Origin: Promethearchaeota archaeon
Lineage (GTDB): Archaea; Asgardarchaeota; Lokiarchaeia; Sigyniarchaeales; SOKP01
Assembly: GCA_048939015.1 (NCBI GenBank)
Contig: JBHLPW010000021.1
Location: 1-64,000 of the forward strand
Reading direction: 5' to 3'
Length of the DNA stretch: 64,000 bases
The translations under genes were made by a program, and so were the position numbers. Each line of letters opens with the position of its first letter. Within the stretch, counting starts at the first letter, position 1. The notes under the pieces were generated by a model. That model was given only the letters and a program-made list of their open reading frames with translations. It ran no database searches and was not told where the DNA came from. Positions 39,951 through 50,575 of the stretch are shown one piece after another.

Positions 39951-41048
39951 ATGAATATTATTGTATTAGGTGCTTGTGGAGAAGTTGGGAGATATATTGC
40001 TTTTGATTTAGTAAAAAATGGATATAATGTTACCTTAGCCGATATTAGAGAATTTGAAGGTAAGAGGATTGCTGAGAAATTAGGAAAAAGAGCCACATTT
40101 CAAAAAATAGATGTGATGGATTTTGAGAATTTGGTAGAAGTCCTTAAAAATTATAAATTAGTAGTAAACAATATAGGTCCTTATTATATGTTCGGAGATT
40201 GGATTCCTCGAGCAACTATTCAAGCGGGAATAAACTATGTGGATATTTGTGACGATCATGATGCTACTCGAACATTTCTAAAAATGAATAAATTAATCGA
40301 ACGCGAGGGCTTAACTTTTCTTATAAATTCAGGAGCTTCCGCAGGACTAACAAACATAATGGCAAAGATGGGAGCAAATCAATTAGATAAAGTTGAATCT
40401 ATTAGAGTCTTATGGTTTGAGGATACTGGTGAAACTATTGGTTTTGGTCAGTTAGCACATTGGGCTCATATTGCAATGGGAAAAGTCCCGCAATTTATCA
40501 ATGGTGAATGGGCCAATATTAAAGCTCTAACTGATAGAGAAATTGTTGAATTTCCAGCTCCACTAGGACATGCTCCATTATATTTTGTTGGACATCCTGA
40601 ACCAGTAACTCTTCCCCTCTATATCGAAACAGACGAAGTAATCTGTAAAGGAGGAATCCTGCCAGAATCAGATATTCTATTAACTAAAATACTTGATAGA
40701 ATAATTCCAATAAAGCATGATACAATTATGAAACTTGTATGCAAATTCTTTCTTAGGATTTTTCCACTTATAACCGGGAAAGTGGAAGAGAGAGATATAA
40801 TTTCTTCTTTTAAAACTGATTTAATGGGGTTAAAAAACCGAAAAAATATTCATTTATCATATGCTGTCATTGGAGAAGTTGCAAAACTCACCTCAGTACC
40901 CGCTTCAATTACAGCTCAAATGATTCTAAATAAAGATATCACTTCCCATGGTGTATTTCCCCCTGAGGGCTGCCCAGATTTAAATCTTGATATGATGAAA
41001 AAAGAGTTGGAAAAAAGGAATATTATTATACATAAAAAAAAGTGCTAA
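39951..41048 (+). CDS. Saccharopine dehydrogenase-like NAD(P) oxidoreductase
   Basis: IVLGACG.VG, N.IGPYY, NYVDICDD, G.S.GLTN, GHPEP.TLP, GVFPPE. Confidence 0.85.
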   Translation: MNIIVLGACGEVGRYIAFDLVKNGYNVTLADIREFEGKRIAEKLGKRATFQKIDVMDFENLVEVLKNYKLVVNNIGPYYMFGDWIPRATIQAGINYVDICDDHDATRTFLKMNKLIEREGLTFLINSGASAGLTNIMAKMGANQLDKVESIRVLWFEDTGETIGFGQLAHWAHIAMGKVPQFINGEWANIKALTDREIVEFPAPLGHAPLYFVGHPEPVTLPLYIETDEVICKGGILPESDILLTKILDRIIPIKHDTIMKLVCKFFLRIFPLITGKVEERDIISSFKTDLMGLKNRKNIHLSYAVIGEVAKLTSVPASITAQMILNKDITSHGVFPPEGCPDLNLDMMKKELEKRNIIIHKKKC

Positions 41049-41053
41049 ATAAT

Positions 41054-42580
41054 ATGAGTGAAAAGTATAATGTTCTATTTATCATAACTGATGCAATGCG
41101 CGCAGACCATATGAGTTGTGCTGGTAATCCAATAGTTAAAACTCCAAATATCGATAAATTAGCTGCGGACGGAATCAGATTTACTAATCATTTTTGTACT
41201 AATCCTATCTGTATGCCGAATAGAGCTACTTTAGTTACAGGACTGTATCCAAATGTTCATGGTGTTAGGAGTAATGGAATCAATTTAAAGCAGGATATAC
41301 CTACAATTATTCAAACTCTTAAAAAAAGAGGTTGGTATACAGCAGCTATTGGAAAAATACACCACCAATATTGGTTAGCTCCATTTAAACACAAGAGTAG
41401 ATCTGCAGAATGTTTAACAGATTGGGTTTTTGAAAAAGATAATAGTTATCCAGTTAGAGATAATTTTCCTTTACCTTATTATGGATATGAGGAGGTTGAA
41501 GTGATCTCTGGAAATGGTTCTGTATGTGCTGGACATTATACAGAATGGTTGGAAGAAAAGGCTCCCCAAATAGCTCAAGATATGAAAATCAGAGTTCAAA
41601 ATTATAATAATCTTTTTAATCTTTTCTGTGATCCAATTCCTGAAGAGTTATACAATACTACTTGGGTTACAGAAAGAACGCTGGCATTTCTAGAAAGATA
41701 TTCAAAAGGAGATTATGGAAATAAACCCTTTTATCTGCATTGCTCCTTTCCTGATCCTCATTATCCATTATATCCACCAAAACACTACCAAGATATGTAT
41801 AAAAAAAAAGATATTAAGCTTCCTGCCAACTTTCATAATGTTAAAAACTTGTATAACCATGAATTTATGGGTTATCATTTAAGAAATCCTCCTTTTAGAA
41901 GACAATTTATACGTGAATCTACAGAGGAGGAAGTTCTTGAAATAATTAGATTAACTTATGCTGCAATAACATATGTAGATTATAATATTGGATTGATTTT
42001 GGCTTCAATGGAGAAACTAGGAATTCTAGATAATACTATCGTGGTTTTTATGAGCGACCATGGAGATTTGATGGGCGAACATTCCCTTTTATACAAAGGA
42101 CCATGCCCTTTTAATGGTGTTTTACAACTTCCCTTAATTTGGAAAGTACCAGGATTAACAAAATCAGGAGAGGTGTCTAATTCCCTCGTAAGCTCAATAG
42201 ATTATCCTAAAACCCTTTTAAGTCTTCTGGATATAAAGGAGAGATACCACCCTCCAGATATGCAAGGTTATGATATATCACCTATTTTATCAGATCCAAA
42301 AATGAAGATTAGAAATAATATCTTAATAGAAAATGATGAGGAAATTGGTCCTCTTACAGCTCGATTAAGACACCTTATTACCGAAGATTATAAACTAACA
42401 ATTTATTCTGGTTTAAGTAATTTCGGAGATATTTATGACAGAAAAAATGATCCTCATGAATTGAATAATTTATGGCATGATAAAAGTTTTAGAAAACAAA
42501 GATTTGAACTAGTGAATAGTCTATTACAAGAAAATCTTAAAGCTCAAACTCCATATCCGAAACGTATAGCAGGGACATAA
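41054..42580 (+). CDS. Sulfatase (formylglycine type), paralog 1
   Basis: NVLFI.TD, CMPNRA..TG.YP..HG, GK.H, PDPH.P, SDHG. Confidence 0.92.
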   Translation: MSEKYNVLFIITDAMRADHMSCAGNPIVKTPNIDKLAADGIRFTNHFCTNPICMPNRATLVTGLYPNVHGVRSNGINLKQDIPTIIQTLKKRGWYTAAIGKIHHQYWLAPFKHKSRSAECLTDWVFEKDNSYPVRDNFPLPYYGYEEVEVISGNGSVCAGHYTEWLEEKAPQIAQDMKIRVQNYNNLFNLFCDPIPEELYNTTWVTERTLAFLERYSKGDYGNKPFYLHCSFPDPHYPLYPPKHYQDMYKKKDIKLPANFHNVKNLYNHEFMGYHLRNPPFRRQFIRESTEEEVLEIIRLTYAAITYVDYNIGLILASMEKLGILDNTIVVFMSDHGDLMGEHSLLYKGPCPFNGVLQLPLIWKVPGLTKSGEVSNSLVSSIDYPKTLLSLLDIKERYHPPDMQGYDISPILSDPKMKIRNNILIENDEEIGPLTARLRHLITEDYKLTIYSGLSNFGDIYDRKNDPHELNNLWHDKSFRKQRFELVNSLLQENLKAQTPYPKRIAGT

Positions 42581-42581
42581 A

Positions 42582-44114
42582 ATGAAAGAAAAAATGAATG
42601 TCTTATTTATAATTACTGATCAACAACGCTATGATCACATGGGTTGCTCAGGAAATCCGATTTTAAAGACACCAAATATAGATCGATTATCAAGTGAAGG
42701 TGTACACTTTACTAATGCTTTTTGTACCAATCCTATGTGTATGCCTAATAGAGCAACAATGTTGACAGGATTATATCCAAATGTACATGGTGTTAGAAGT
42801 AATGGAATGATTCTATCTACTGAAATCCCGACAATTACCCAAACACTCGTAAAAAAAGGTTGGCATACAGCTGCATTTGGAAAATTACATCATCAATTTA
42901 ATGTCGCACCATACAAACTCCATTATAGATCTACAGAAAATTTTCAAGATTGGGTATTTCCTCAAAATGGAGATTATCCAGTACGAGAAAATTTTCCTAT
43001 TCCTTATTATGGATATCAAGAAGTTGAAACAGTATTAGGACATGGGGCTTGTTTATGTGGTCATTATTTGGATTGGATTGAAGAAAGATCACCCAAGCAA
43101 GCGGAAATTATGCGAGAAAGATGGAAAAATATTGATGATAACTTTTTTTCAATATTCCTTGAACATGATTTGCCAGTAGAATTATACTCCAGTGCATATG
43201 TAACGGAACGCACTATCGCCTTTTTGAAAAGACATTCAATGGGGGATTATGATAAAAAGCCCTTTTATGTTCATTGTTCCTTCCCTGACCCCCATCAACC
43301 TGTTTGGCCGCCAGGAAAGTATAAAGATATGTATAGTCCTAAAGATATTGAATTACCTAAAAGTTTTAATAATCTTGAAAAATTAAGAAACCACCCCTAT
43401 TTAGCACCATATATCAATGTTATGCCAGGAGCTATGCTAAGAGAAACAACAGAAGAAGAAGCAAAAAAATTCATTGCTTATACATATGGAACTCTTTCAT
43501 TAATAGATGATTGCGTTGGTAAAATTTTAGCATCACTTGAAAAGTTTGGGTATGCAGAAAACACTATAGTAGTGTATACAAGTGATCATGGTGACTTAAT
43601 GGGTGACCATGGTATGCTTTTCAAAGGTCCATCAACCTATATGGGAGTATTTCATATACCTATGATTTGGAAAGTTCCAGGGATTATTAAACCAGGAAAG
43701 ACTGATGCTTTAATGAGTTCTATTGATTATCCTAAGACTATTTTAAATCTCTTAGGAATAAAAGAAATCTACCATCCCCCTGATATACAAGGATTTGATA
43801 TGACTCCGGTTCTGAAAAACCCCGAAAATAACGAGATTCAACCTAGAGATTGCTGTTTTATTGAAAATGATGAGGAAATTGGAATTATAAATGCAAGGTT
43901 AAGAAGTCTCATAACAAAAGATTTTAAATTAACTATTTATGAAGGATTTGAGGATTTCGGAGATTTGTTTGACCGTAAAAAAGATCCATATGAACTAAAT
44001 AATCTATGGTATAACAATAGTATAAAAGAAAAACGTTTCGAGTTAGTAAATAAATTACTACAGGAAAATTTGAAAGCGCAGACGAAATATCCAAAAAGAA
44101 TTGCTGGTACATAG
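42582..44114 (+). CDS. Sulfatase (formylglycine type), paralog 2
   Basis: TDQQR, CMPNRA, PDPHQP, SDHG; same YPKRIAGT terminus as paralog 1. Confidence 0.92.
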   Translation: MKEKMNVLFIITDQQRYDHMGCSGNPILKTPNIDRLSSEGVHFTNAFCTNPMCMPNRATMLTGLYPNVHGVRSNGMILSTEIPTITQTLVKKGWHTAAFGKLHHQFNVAPYKLHYRSTENFQDWVFPQNGDYPVRENFPIPYYGYQEVETVLGHGACLCGHYLDWIEERSPKQAEIMRERWKNIDDNFFSIFLEHDLPVELYSSAYVTERTIAFLKRHSMGDYDKKPFYVHCSFPDPHQPVWPPGKYKDMYSPKDIELPKSFNNLEKLRNHPYLAPYINVMPGAMLRETTEEEAKKFIAYTYGTLSLIDDCVGKILASLEKFGYAENTIVVYTSDHGDLMGDHGMLFKGPSTYMGVFHIPMIWKVPGIIKPGKTDALMSSIDYPKTILNLLGIKEIYHPPDIQGFDMTPVLKNPENNEIQPRDCCFIENDEEIGIINARLRSLITKDFKLTIYEGFEDFGDLFDRKKDPYELNNLWYNNSIKEKRFELVNKLLQENLKAQTKYPKRIAGT

Positions 44115-44217
44115 ATAAATTTCTCAAATTTATCTTAATATCTTTATATATGTAATCGAACAATACTTAACTATTTAGATTAAATTTATCTATTATCAAT
44201 AAAAATTGGTTTTTATA

Positions 44218-45612
44218 ATGGAAACAGACGAAATTCAGATTGAACATAGTAAATTAAGTATGGTCTCTTATGGTTTCAACTCTTTTTCCAGAGAGTTGCT
44301 TAGAATTGCATTTACTTCTTTTGGTTTCTTTTTTTATGAATCTGAACTTGGATTAAATGTCTGGTTAATAGGGTTATCTTATACACTTTTTGCAATTTAT
44401 AATATGTTTAATGATCCTATTATTGGGTATCTTACAAATAGACCATTTAGATTTACAAAAAAATGGGGGCGAAGGTTTCCTTGGATCTTAATTGGTGGTT
44501 TACCGTGGGGATTTACATATATGCTAATATTTATGCCTCCAACTTATGATGCTGAATCTGGTGCGTGGATTTTATTTTTTTGGCTTTTATTTACTACATG
44601 TCTTTTTGATACATTCCATTCATTATTAATGGTAAATTTCCAATCATTATTTCCTGATAAATTTAGGTCAGTTCAAGAACGTCGAACTGCTAGTGGCATC
44701 TATATCATGATAGGGGTTGTAGGAGTCGCTATTGGTGCTATTTTACCTCCTTTAATTTTTACTTATGGAGATCTTCCTTCCTTTGCAGTTCAAGGTTTAG
44801 TAATTGCTATAATTACATTTGTAGCTTTTGCAGTTGCTATTCCTGGATCACGTGAGGATCAAGTTACAATTGATCTTTATTTATCTTCTCAAGAAAAAGA
44901 GCGTGAACAACCTTCCTTTTTTAAGAGCTTAAAAGTAGCACTAAAACAGAGTCCGTTTATAATATTCATGGTAATTTATACATTATATCAATCTTTAGTA
45001 GAGATTATGCAAGCTTCTGTTCATTACACAGTAAAATATTCTTTAGGGATGGAAGAAAAAGCCGCAACTTTAGTATTTGCCGCCTTCCTTATTGGAGTAT
45101 TAATATCTACTCCATTTTGGACACGCTATTCACGAAAAGTACAAGATAATAAGAAAGTAATGATCATTTCTGCTTTAGTTTTAGCTGCTTTTACTCTTCC
45201 AATTACTTTTCTTAGAGATTATTGGTCTATTGTTTTTGATATGTTTTTATGGGGATTGGGTATGGGTGGATTCTGGTTAATGATTTTTCCAGTATCTTCT
45301 GATATTATAGATAATTCAGTTGTAATAACAAAAAAGCGTGAAGAAGGAGTTTATACAGGATTTCAACAATTTTTTGGACGAATTGGAATTATAGTTCAAG
45401 CACTTACATTTGCGATTGTTCATGAACTTACGGGATTTGTTGAAGAAAGTACAACACAAACACCATTAGCTATTTGGGGAATACACATTCATCAATCTTT
45501 GATTCCGTTTATATTACTTATGATTGGAATTATTGTATTTTGGTTAAAATATGATTTAACGCCAGAGAAAGTACGTGAAAACAGTAGGAAGATAAAAGAA
45601 TTAGGTTTGTAG
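44218..45612 (+). CDS. Glycoside-pentoside-hexuronide (MFS_2) transporter
   Basis: NDP.IGYL..R.....WGRRFPW, DIID......RE.G.Y.G; about 12 TM; ATG at 44218 (track TTG 44206). Confidence 0.88.
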   Translation: METDEIQIEHSKLSMVSYGFNSFSRELLRIAFTSFGFFFYESELGLNVWLIGLSYTLFAIYNMFNDPIIGYLTNRPFRFTKKWGRRFPWILIGGLPWGFTYMLIFMPPTYDAESGAWILFFWLLFTTCLFDTFHSLLMVNFQSLFPDKFRSVQERRTASGIYIMIGVVGVAIGAILPPLIFTYGDLPSFAVQGLVIAIITFVAFAVAIPGSREDQVTIDLYLSSQEKEREQPSFFKSLKVALKQSPFIIFMVIYTLYQSLVEIMQASVHYTVKYSLGMEEKAATLVFAAFLIGVLISTPFWTRYSRKVQDNKKVMIISALVLAAFTLPITFLRDYWSIVFDMFLWGLGMGGFWLMIFPVSSDIIDNSVVITKKREEGVYTGFQQFFGRIGIIVQALTFAIVHELTGFVEESTTQTPLAIWGIHIHQSLIPFILLMIGIIVFWLKYDLTPEKVRENSRKIKELGL

Positions 45613-45930
45613 AATAAGGTATAATAAAAAAATAAAATTATTTTAATTTTTTTTTTAAAGATAGAACACGAAATTTAGGGAATTTTACTCGATTATCTTT
45701 AAAAAATTTTGTCATTTTTGAGAAAAAATTAAATAAATGGTTTGTTTCTATTTGAATAGGTATATAAAGAATATATTTGATAAGATATAGATTAAAAATT
45801 ACAGACACAATATTTTATAAGAAATTAATTTATAATTGGATCCTCTATTAAGACCTTAAATGTGTTAAGAATATATTATTCAAGAGATAATACTATCATC
45901 GATGTCAATTATAGAGTAAATAAAAGGACT

Positions 45931-48228
45931 ATGATACGTTGGAGTTATAGAAGAATTCTTGTTATATTTATTGTTATTTCATCAATTTTATTATTAAATC
46001 TTTTCCAAATGGAGTCTTTTTCTCATGCACAGAGTAATGGTGATCCTTTCACATTTTCTTCTGAATTCAAAATGTTAGAATTAGGAGAAGCTAAAGGTGA
46101 AATGTCAAATGTTAACTCGATATTATTTCCCCTACCATCTGAAAATTGGAATATAACAAAGTTAGAATTAAATTTTACTGGTATTCAATCTAAACGCGAA
46201 ATTAAAGATATAGAAACTGAAACTATTGGAGCAATCCCTAAAGATTTATATAAAGGTAGAAAAGGATTTGCAGTAGAGTTTAATATTATCAAACCTACAG
46301 AAATTTATGCTACACATATTTATGGGTTTGAGAGCAGTCCTTTTACAACAATTAATGTTTCTATCCAAATTAATGGATATGATTCCATTTCAAATCGACC
46401 AAATGAAACTATATATGGATCCGAGCAATTAATTCTCTCAAATGAAGCAGAATGGTATATACAAAACTTTACATTCCCAATCTTTCTCAATCCTGGAAGT
46501 TATTTTTTAGTATTGAATGGAACTGATATGCTACCGCAAGATAATGGCCGATGTTATTGGTATTTCGACAACACTCCACAAAATCCAAATTTACATACAT
46601 CGATATGGGAAGGAGAGTGGAGTAATGGGTCTGTTGGAGAACCATTTCTATACAAGTTAGATCAAAAAATAATAGGTCAATTTTATCCAGAAGAAATTAA
46701 TATGACTGCTGAAATTGATGGAATTTATTATCCAATTTTGGATGGGATTATGACTGGAACTGGTTTCTTAAACGAAAGTATTGATATTATACCAAGCGAT
46801 CATAGTATACAAATACCATTTAGAAATAATAGCTCATTAAACCTAATGTTCAATGCAAGTTATAATATTAATTTAGATACTTATAATGCGTTTGATGGTT
46901 CAGGAACTATCAATGAGGATTCAATAAATTTCTGGACATTAACCCCTATAGTTGGAAGATTTTTTAATTATCAATTCACTCAATTATTTTATCCAAAAAG
47001 TTGGTTTAACATAAATGTATTTCAAAAAATAGGAACTAAGTGGGAAAATAGGACTTCAGAAGTTTACATTGATGCAACTGTTATCAGTCTTCCTAATAAT
47101 ACAATAAATGATGATGATAATTGGATGATTACAGCACATTCACCTAATGAAGATTTTAGCATCAATCTTGGTGAATTAGAATGGAACCCTGGTCAAGAGT
47201 TACAATTTTCTGTTATTTTGCCTAAGAGAGTAGGTAATCTCACCTTTGATCTAATTAATCCATTAGGTTATGGTCTTGAAGAACCCATAGTGAAAGAGGT
47301 TCAATCAGAGGAAACTATATTTACATATTTAATCCCCTCAAATTCACGGGAGGGTACCTATATTATAAAAATATATTGGAATAATAATACTGATGCGGGA
47401 GTTCAATCGATTGAATTTCAACTTGTTATCCCTCCAATACCTTTTACAATAGACCCTATTTGGATTATTTTAAGTGTTTTAATTACTGTCTGTATCTCAG
47501 TGTTAGTTATATTTTCTTATATGACAATAAAAAAAAATAGGCTAAAACGTGCTGAAGAAGCTCAAAAATTATTTAATAAATGTATGGATGTATTAAGTTT
47601 GGAATATATAATAGTATCCGATAAAAAATCTGGGTTAAACATATATCAACAGAATTTTTCAGGAAGGAAGATTGAGGCGGCAATGATTTCAGGATTTTTA
47701 CAAGCAATCCATTCATTTGGTATTGAATTAATTAAAATTGAAGATCAGTCTCAAACTATAAAATTGGAATATAAGGATTCAATTATTTTTATGACGGAGT
47801 ATGTCAATTTAAGACTAATTCTAATAATGAAGGAAAGCCCATCCCCTAATTTCTTATATTCATTAGATAAACTCGCTTATGAGATATATAATAATTATGG
47901 TGATCTAATTGAAAATTTTAATGGAAATATCAAACCATTCTATTCTATTGAGAAATTACTAAGACAATACCTAAACATTTCATTAACTTATCCACTGAAA
48001 TTGACAAAAATTAATATAGCAAATGGGACTAAATTTAATGCCGCTGAAAGGATGTTTATTAGTAAAGCTATGTCTTTTATGAAGAAAAATAAAATTGATT
48101 ACTTTTACCTAAGTTCTCTATTGCCTGAAAAAGCTTGTAGTCCAAAAGATATTGAAAACATCTTAAACTTAATAGAAAGAAATATTTTTCAATTAAAAGA
48201 CCAAAAAGAATTGAAAATAAAGAAATAA
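45931..48228 (+). CDS. Single-pass membrane protein: large beta-rich, N-x-S/T-rich ectodomain, TM, cytoplasmic longin-like domain
   Basis: Signal peptide after ATG 45931, TM WIILSVLITVCISVLVIFSY, cytoplasmic IIV.DKKSGL.IY...F......MISGFL.AI.SFG. Confidence 0.75.
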   Translation: MIRWSYRRILVIFIVISSILLLNLFQMESFSHAQSNGDPFTFSSEFKMLELGEAKGEMSNVNSILFPLPSENWNITKLELNFTGIQSKREIKDIETETIGAIPKDLYKGRKGFAVEFNIIKPTEIYATHIYGFESSPFTTINVSIQINGYDSISNRPNETIYGSEQLILSNEAEWYIQNFTFPIFLNPGSYFLVLNGTDMLPQDNGRCYWYFDNTPQNPNLHTSIWEGEWSNGSVGEPFLYKLDQKIIGQFYPEEINMTAEIDGIYYPILDGIMTGTGFLNESIDIIPSDHSIQIPFRNNSSLNLMFNASYNINLDTYNAFDGSGTINEDSINFWTLTPIVGRFFNYQFTQLFYPKSWFNINVFQKIGTKWENRTSEVYIDATVISLPNNTINDDDNWMITAHSPNEDFSINLGELEWNPGQELQFSVILPKRVGNLTFDLINPLGYGLEEPIVKEVQSEETIFTYLIPSNSREGTYIIKIYWNNNTDAGVQSIEFQLVIPPIPFTIDPIWIILSVLITVCISVLVIFSYMTIKKNRLKRAEEAQKLFNKCMDVLSLEYIIVSDKKSGLNIYQQNFSGRKIEAAMISGFLQAIHSFGIELIKIEDQSQTIKLEYKDSIIFMTEYVNLRLILIMKESPSPNFLYSLDKLAYEIYNNYGDLIENFNGNIKPFYSIEKLLRQYLNISLTYPLKLTKINIANGTKFNAAERMFISKAMSFMKKNKIDYFYLSSLLPEKACSPKDIENILNLIERNIFQLKDQKELKIKK

Positions 48229-48249
48229 AAAAAAATTAGATTTTTTTAA

Positions 48250-48843
48250 TTATTCAGGTGTTCTTTTTTTTCTCCAATAAGCAAAGTATACTATTAAAAG
48301 AATAATTGCTGCTGGAACTCCGATATATATTAAAAGCCACATGACTGTTAGGAACCAAGCATATATCCAATAAGTATAAGGTTCATTACCAAAGGGGACG
48401 TTATAATGGCCATCAAAGGCAAGATAAATACAATAAAATATGAACATAAAGAATCCAAATCCCCCTCCACCACCATAATCTCTCTTTCTATGACTCTCTT
48501 TCTTTTCTCTATCTTTGAAAAACTGCTTCTTTTCAGGCGTTAAACTATGCCACCATATATATCCACCGAGACCAAAAAATAATCCAGCTGGCACTCCTAC
48601 AAATAGAAGTTCGAACAGAATTAACATTATAATAAATCCAACGACCCAATGCATTCTCCATTGACCAATTGTGGCAGTTCCGTAATTACCCAGAGGTGTT
48701 ACTCTTATGAACCAAAATAAAACAAGAATAGCTCCAATAATCAAACAAATACCCGCTATAATTACTAAAACAGCTGGTACACGAAACTGACTCCAGATTT
48801 TTTTCCAAAACTCCTTTTCACTTACTTCATCACTATTTTCCAT
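48250..48843 (-). CDS. Four-TM membrane protein of unknown function
   Basis: Two similar TM hairpins (ELLFVGVPA / WLLIYIGVPA), Gly-rich loop. Confidence 0.7.
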   Translation of the reverse strand: MENSDEVSEKEFWKKIWSQFRVPAVLVIIAGICLIIGAILVLFWFIRVTPLGNYGTATIGQWRMHWVVGFIIMLILFELLFVGVPAGLFFGLGGYIWWHSLTPEKKQFFKDREKKESHRKRDYGGGGGFGFFMFIFYCIYLAFDGHYNVPFGNEPYTYWIYAWFLTVMWLLIYIGVPAAIILLIVYFAYWRKKRTPE

Positions 48844-49000
48844 TTAGATTACCAACTTTTTTTATTAAAATTTTTTTGTATAAGATATAAAGAGTAGTAT
48901 TTAAAATTAACTAGTGTAAATTATTTAAAAGTGTCATAAACTTGTTCAGAACCACAAAGAATATAAGAGAGAAACATTAATCAAATTATAAGGGTATAAA

Positions 49001-49018
49001 TTATTATGTACCTAACTA
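49001..49018. promoter_or_regulatory. Putative MarR operator (degenerate) in front of the MarR gene
   Basis: TTATTAT-gtac-CTAACTA; right half identical to the perfect palindrome at 50614-50631. Confidence 0.5.
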
Positions 49019-49031
49019 AGATTTGATTATC

Positions 49032-49496
49032 ATGAATAAAGAAAACTCTTCAGAATCTACAGATAAATGTTGCCAACCTAAAGATTTAGTAGATGTATTT
49101 GAACTTATAAATATTCTAAATAAAAAATATGAAAAACTCCAGCGTGAAAATATTCAAACTTTAGAACTTACTCCAACTCAACACTTTATTCTGAGAGAAT
49201 TATGGGATACAAACGGGCAGCAATTTAAGGATTTGGCAGAGACTTGTAATTGTTCTAGATCTACTATTACAGGGGTAGTTGATACTATGGAAAAAAAGAA
49301 TTTAGTTTATCGTGAAGCAAATCCTGATGATAGAAGAAGCATTTTAGTAAAACTTACAAATAAAGGAAAAAAATTTAGGAATGTTGCTCCTCCTTTAGAA
49401 TCTATTGTAAATGGTTGCTGTCCTGAAATTAAAACAGAAGAGATTAAAATTCTTGGAGATTTATTGAGAAAATTGTTAAATTCTTTGATTATCTAA
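49032..49496 (+). CDS. MarR-family regulator with two Cys-Cys pairs and a CxC motif
   Basis: LTP.Q..IL, ST.T..VD.MEKK.LV.R..NP.DRR...V.LT.KG; KCCQ, TCNC, GCCP. Confidence 0.9.
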   Translation: MNKENSSESTDKCCQPKDLVDVFELINILNKKYEKLQRENIQTLELTPTQHFILRELWDTNGQQFKDLAETCNCSRSTITGVVDTMEKKNLVYREANPDDRRSILVKLTNKGKKFRNVAPPLESIVNGCCPEIKTEEIKILGDLLRKLLNSLII

Positions 49497-49509
49497 AAGC
49501 TATAAATGA

Positions 49510-49565
49510 TTGTTATGCTTTTAATTATAAGGAGCAAAACACTTATATGGTTAACGTCCTGATTA
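49510..49565 (+). promoter_or_regulatory. Promoter/operator module, copy 1
   Basis: 44/56 identical without gaps to 50576-50631; includes CAAAAC-ACTTATAT BRE/TATA and TGGTTAA-cgtc-CTGATTA. Confidence 0.7.
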
Positions 49566-49628
49566 TTACTATATTATCAAACTTATAATAAATAAAAAGT
49601 CAACTTTGACTGTAATATTACCGATAAG

Positions 49629-50348
49629 ATGGAAAACAGCAAAAAATTATACAAGAGAAAAACTCTGATGACAAATGCTCAATTAATTAAAAAAATTGCT
49701 GAAGATGTAGGGTTTGATTTATGCGGAATCGCTCCGGTGAGTCGGTTTAATGAAGCTCCATCAGGGTTTCATCCCACAGATGTTTACAAGGATTGTAAAT
49801 CTGTTATTGTATTCGCAAAAACAGTTCCAAAAGAGTCACTTAATGCCTTAAGTATGGTTCCATATTCTCATATGGGGAGTTTAATTATCCAGGAAGTTGA
49901 TAATTTAACATTAGGATTTACCAGAAAATTGGAAGAGTTGGGTATTGGTGCCATTCCAATTCCCACTGATGATCCCTATGAACATTGGGAACCAGATAGA
50001 CTATATGGAAGGGCAATATTATCATTAAGACATGCTGGTCAACTTGCTGGACTTGGAATATTGGGGAAAAACACTCTTTTAATCAATAATCAATTTGGCA
50101 ATATGATTCAACTTGGAGCTATTTTAGTGAATATAGACTTAGAAGCTGACTCAATGGCAAATTATGAGGGATGTATACCAGATTGCAGTATTTGTTTGGA
50201 TGCTTGTCCTAAAAAAGCTCTAGATGGAAAAACTGTAAATCAACAACTTTGCCGCACCTATTCAATTTACAAACATATAAAAGGGTATGTTCTGAAAAAG
50301 TGTAATATTTGCCGAAAAGTGTGTCCCCATGCTTTAGGATTAAAGTGA
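49629..50348 (+). CDS. Epoxyqueuosine reductase (QueG)-like cobalamin/4Fe-4S protein
   Basis: G.DLCGIA, KSVIV, SLRHA...AGLG.LGKN.L......G, C..C..C...CP..A, C..CR..CP. Confidence 0.85.
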   Translation: MENSKKLYKRKTLMTNAQLIKKIAEDVGFDLCGIAPVSRFNEAPSGFHPTDVYKDCKSVIVFAKTVPKESLNALSMVPYSHMGSLIIQEVDNLTLGFTRKLEELGIGAIPIPTDDPYEHWEPDRLYGRAILSLRHAGQLAGLGILGKNTLLINNQFGNMIQLGAILVNIDLEADSMANYEGCIPDCSICLDACPKKALDGKTVNQQLCRTYSIYKHIKGYVLKKCNICRKVCPHALGLK

Positions 50349-50476
50349 AGGATAAATATTCAAATAGATAAGATTCGAATTTTAACTCTTTCATTAATCT
50401 TTTAAAGTAAAACAGGATGGATAGATATTTTACCTAAAAGGAAAGCTTTGAACAATATAATTGGAAATGGGAAAAG

Positions 50477-50570
50477 ATGAATGTTATGGTTATATCAGAA
50501 ACTCCTAGGAAAATTTGAATTGTGAGATTCTCTTGAGAAATGCTTTAAAACTATTTAAAAATAGCAAATT
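50477..50570 (+). pseudogene. Frameshifted remnant of the 5' end of the flavoprotein gene at 50843
   Basis: MNVMVISETPRKI* then, after a frameshift, NCEILLRNALKLFKN versus MNVIGISGTPRKKGNSELLLRYALKPFEN. Confidence 0.75.
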
Positions 50571-50575
50571 ATTAA

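Noticed and set aside
4330-48940. Recurring GTGTCATAA upstream of three genes (about 4330, 27329, 48931)
   Set aside because: Short, non-palindromic and at inconsistent distances from starts; one copy is explained as an SD sequence.
49629-50348. Calling this gene queG or a reductive dehalogenase
   Set aside because: Archaea are not known to make queuosine, and the protein lacks a Tat leader and the length of RdhA; only the fold family is supported.
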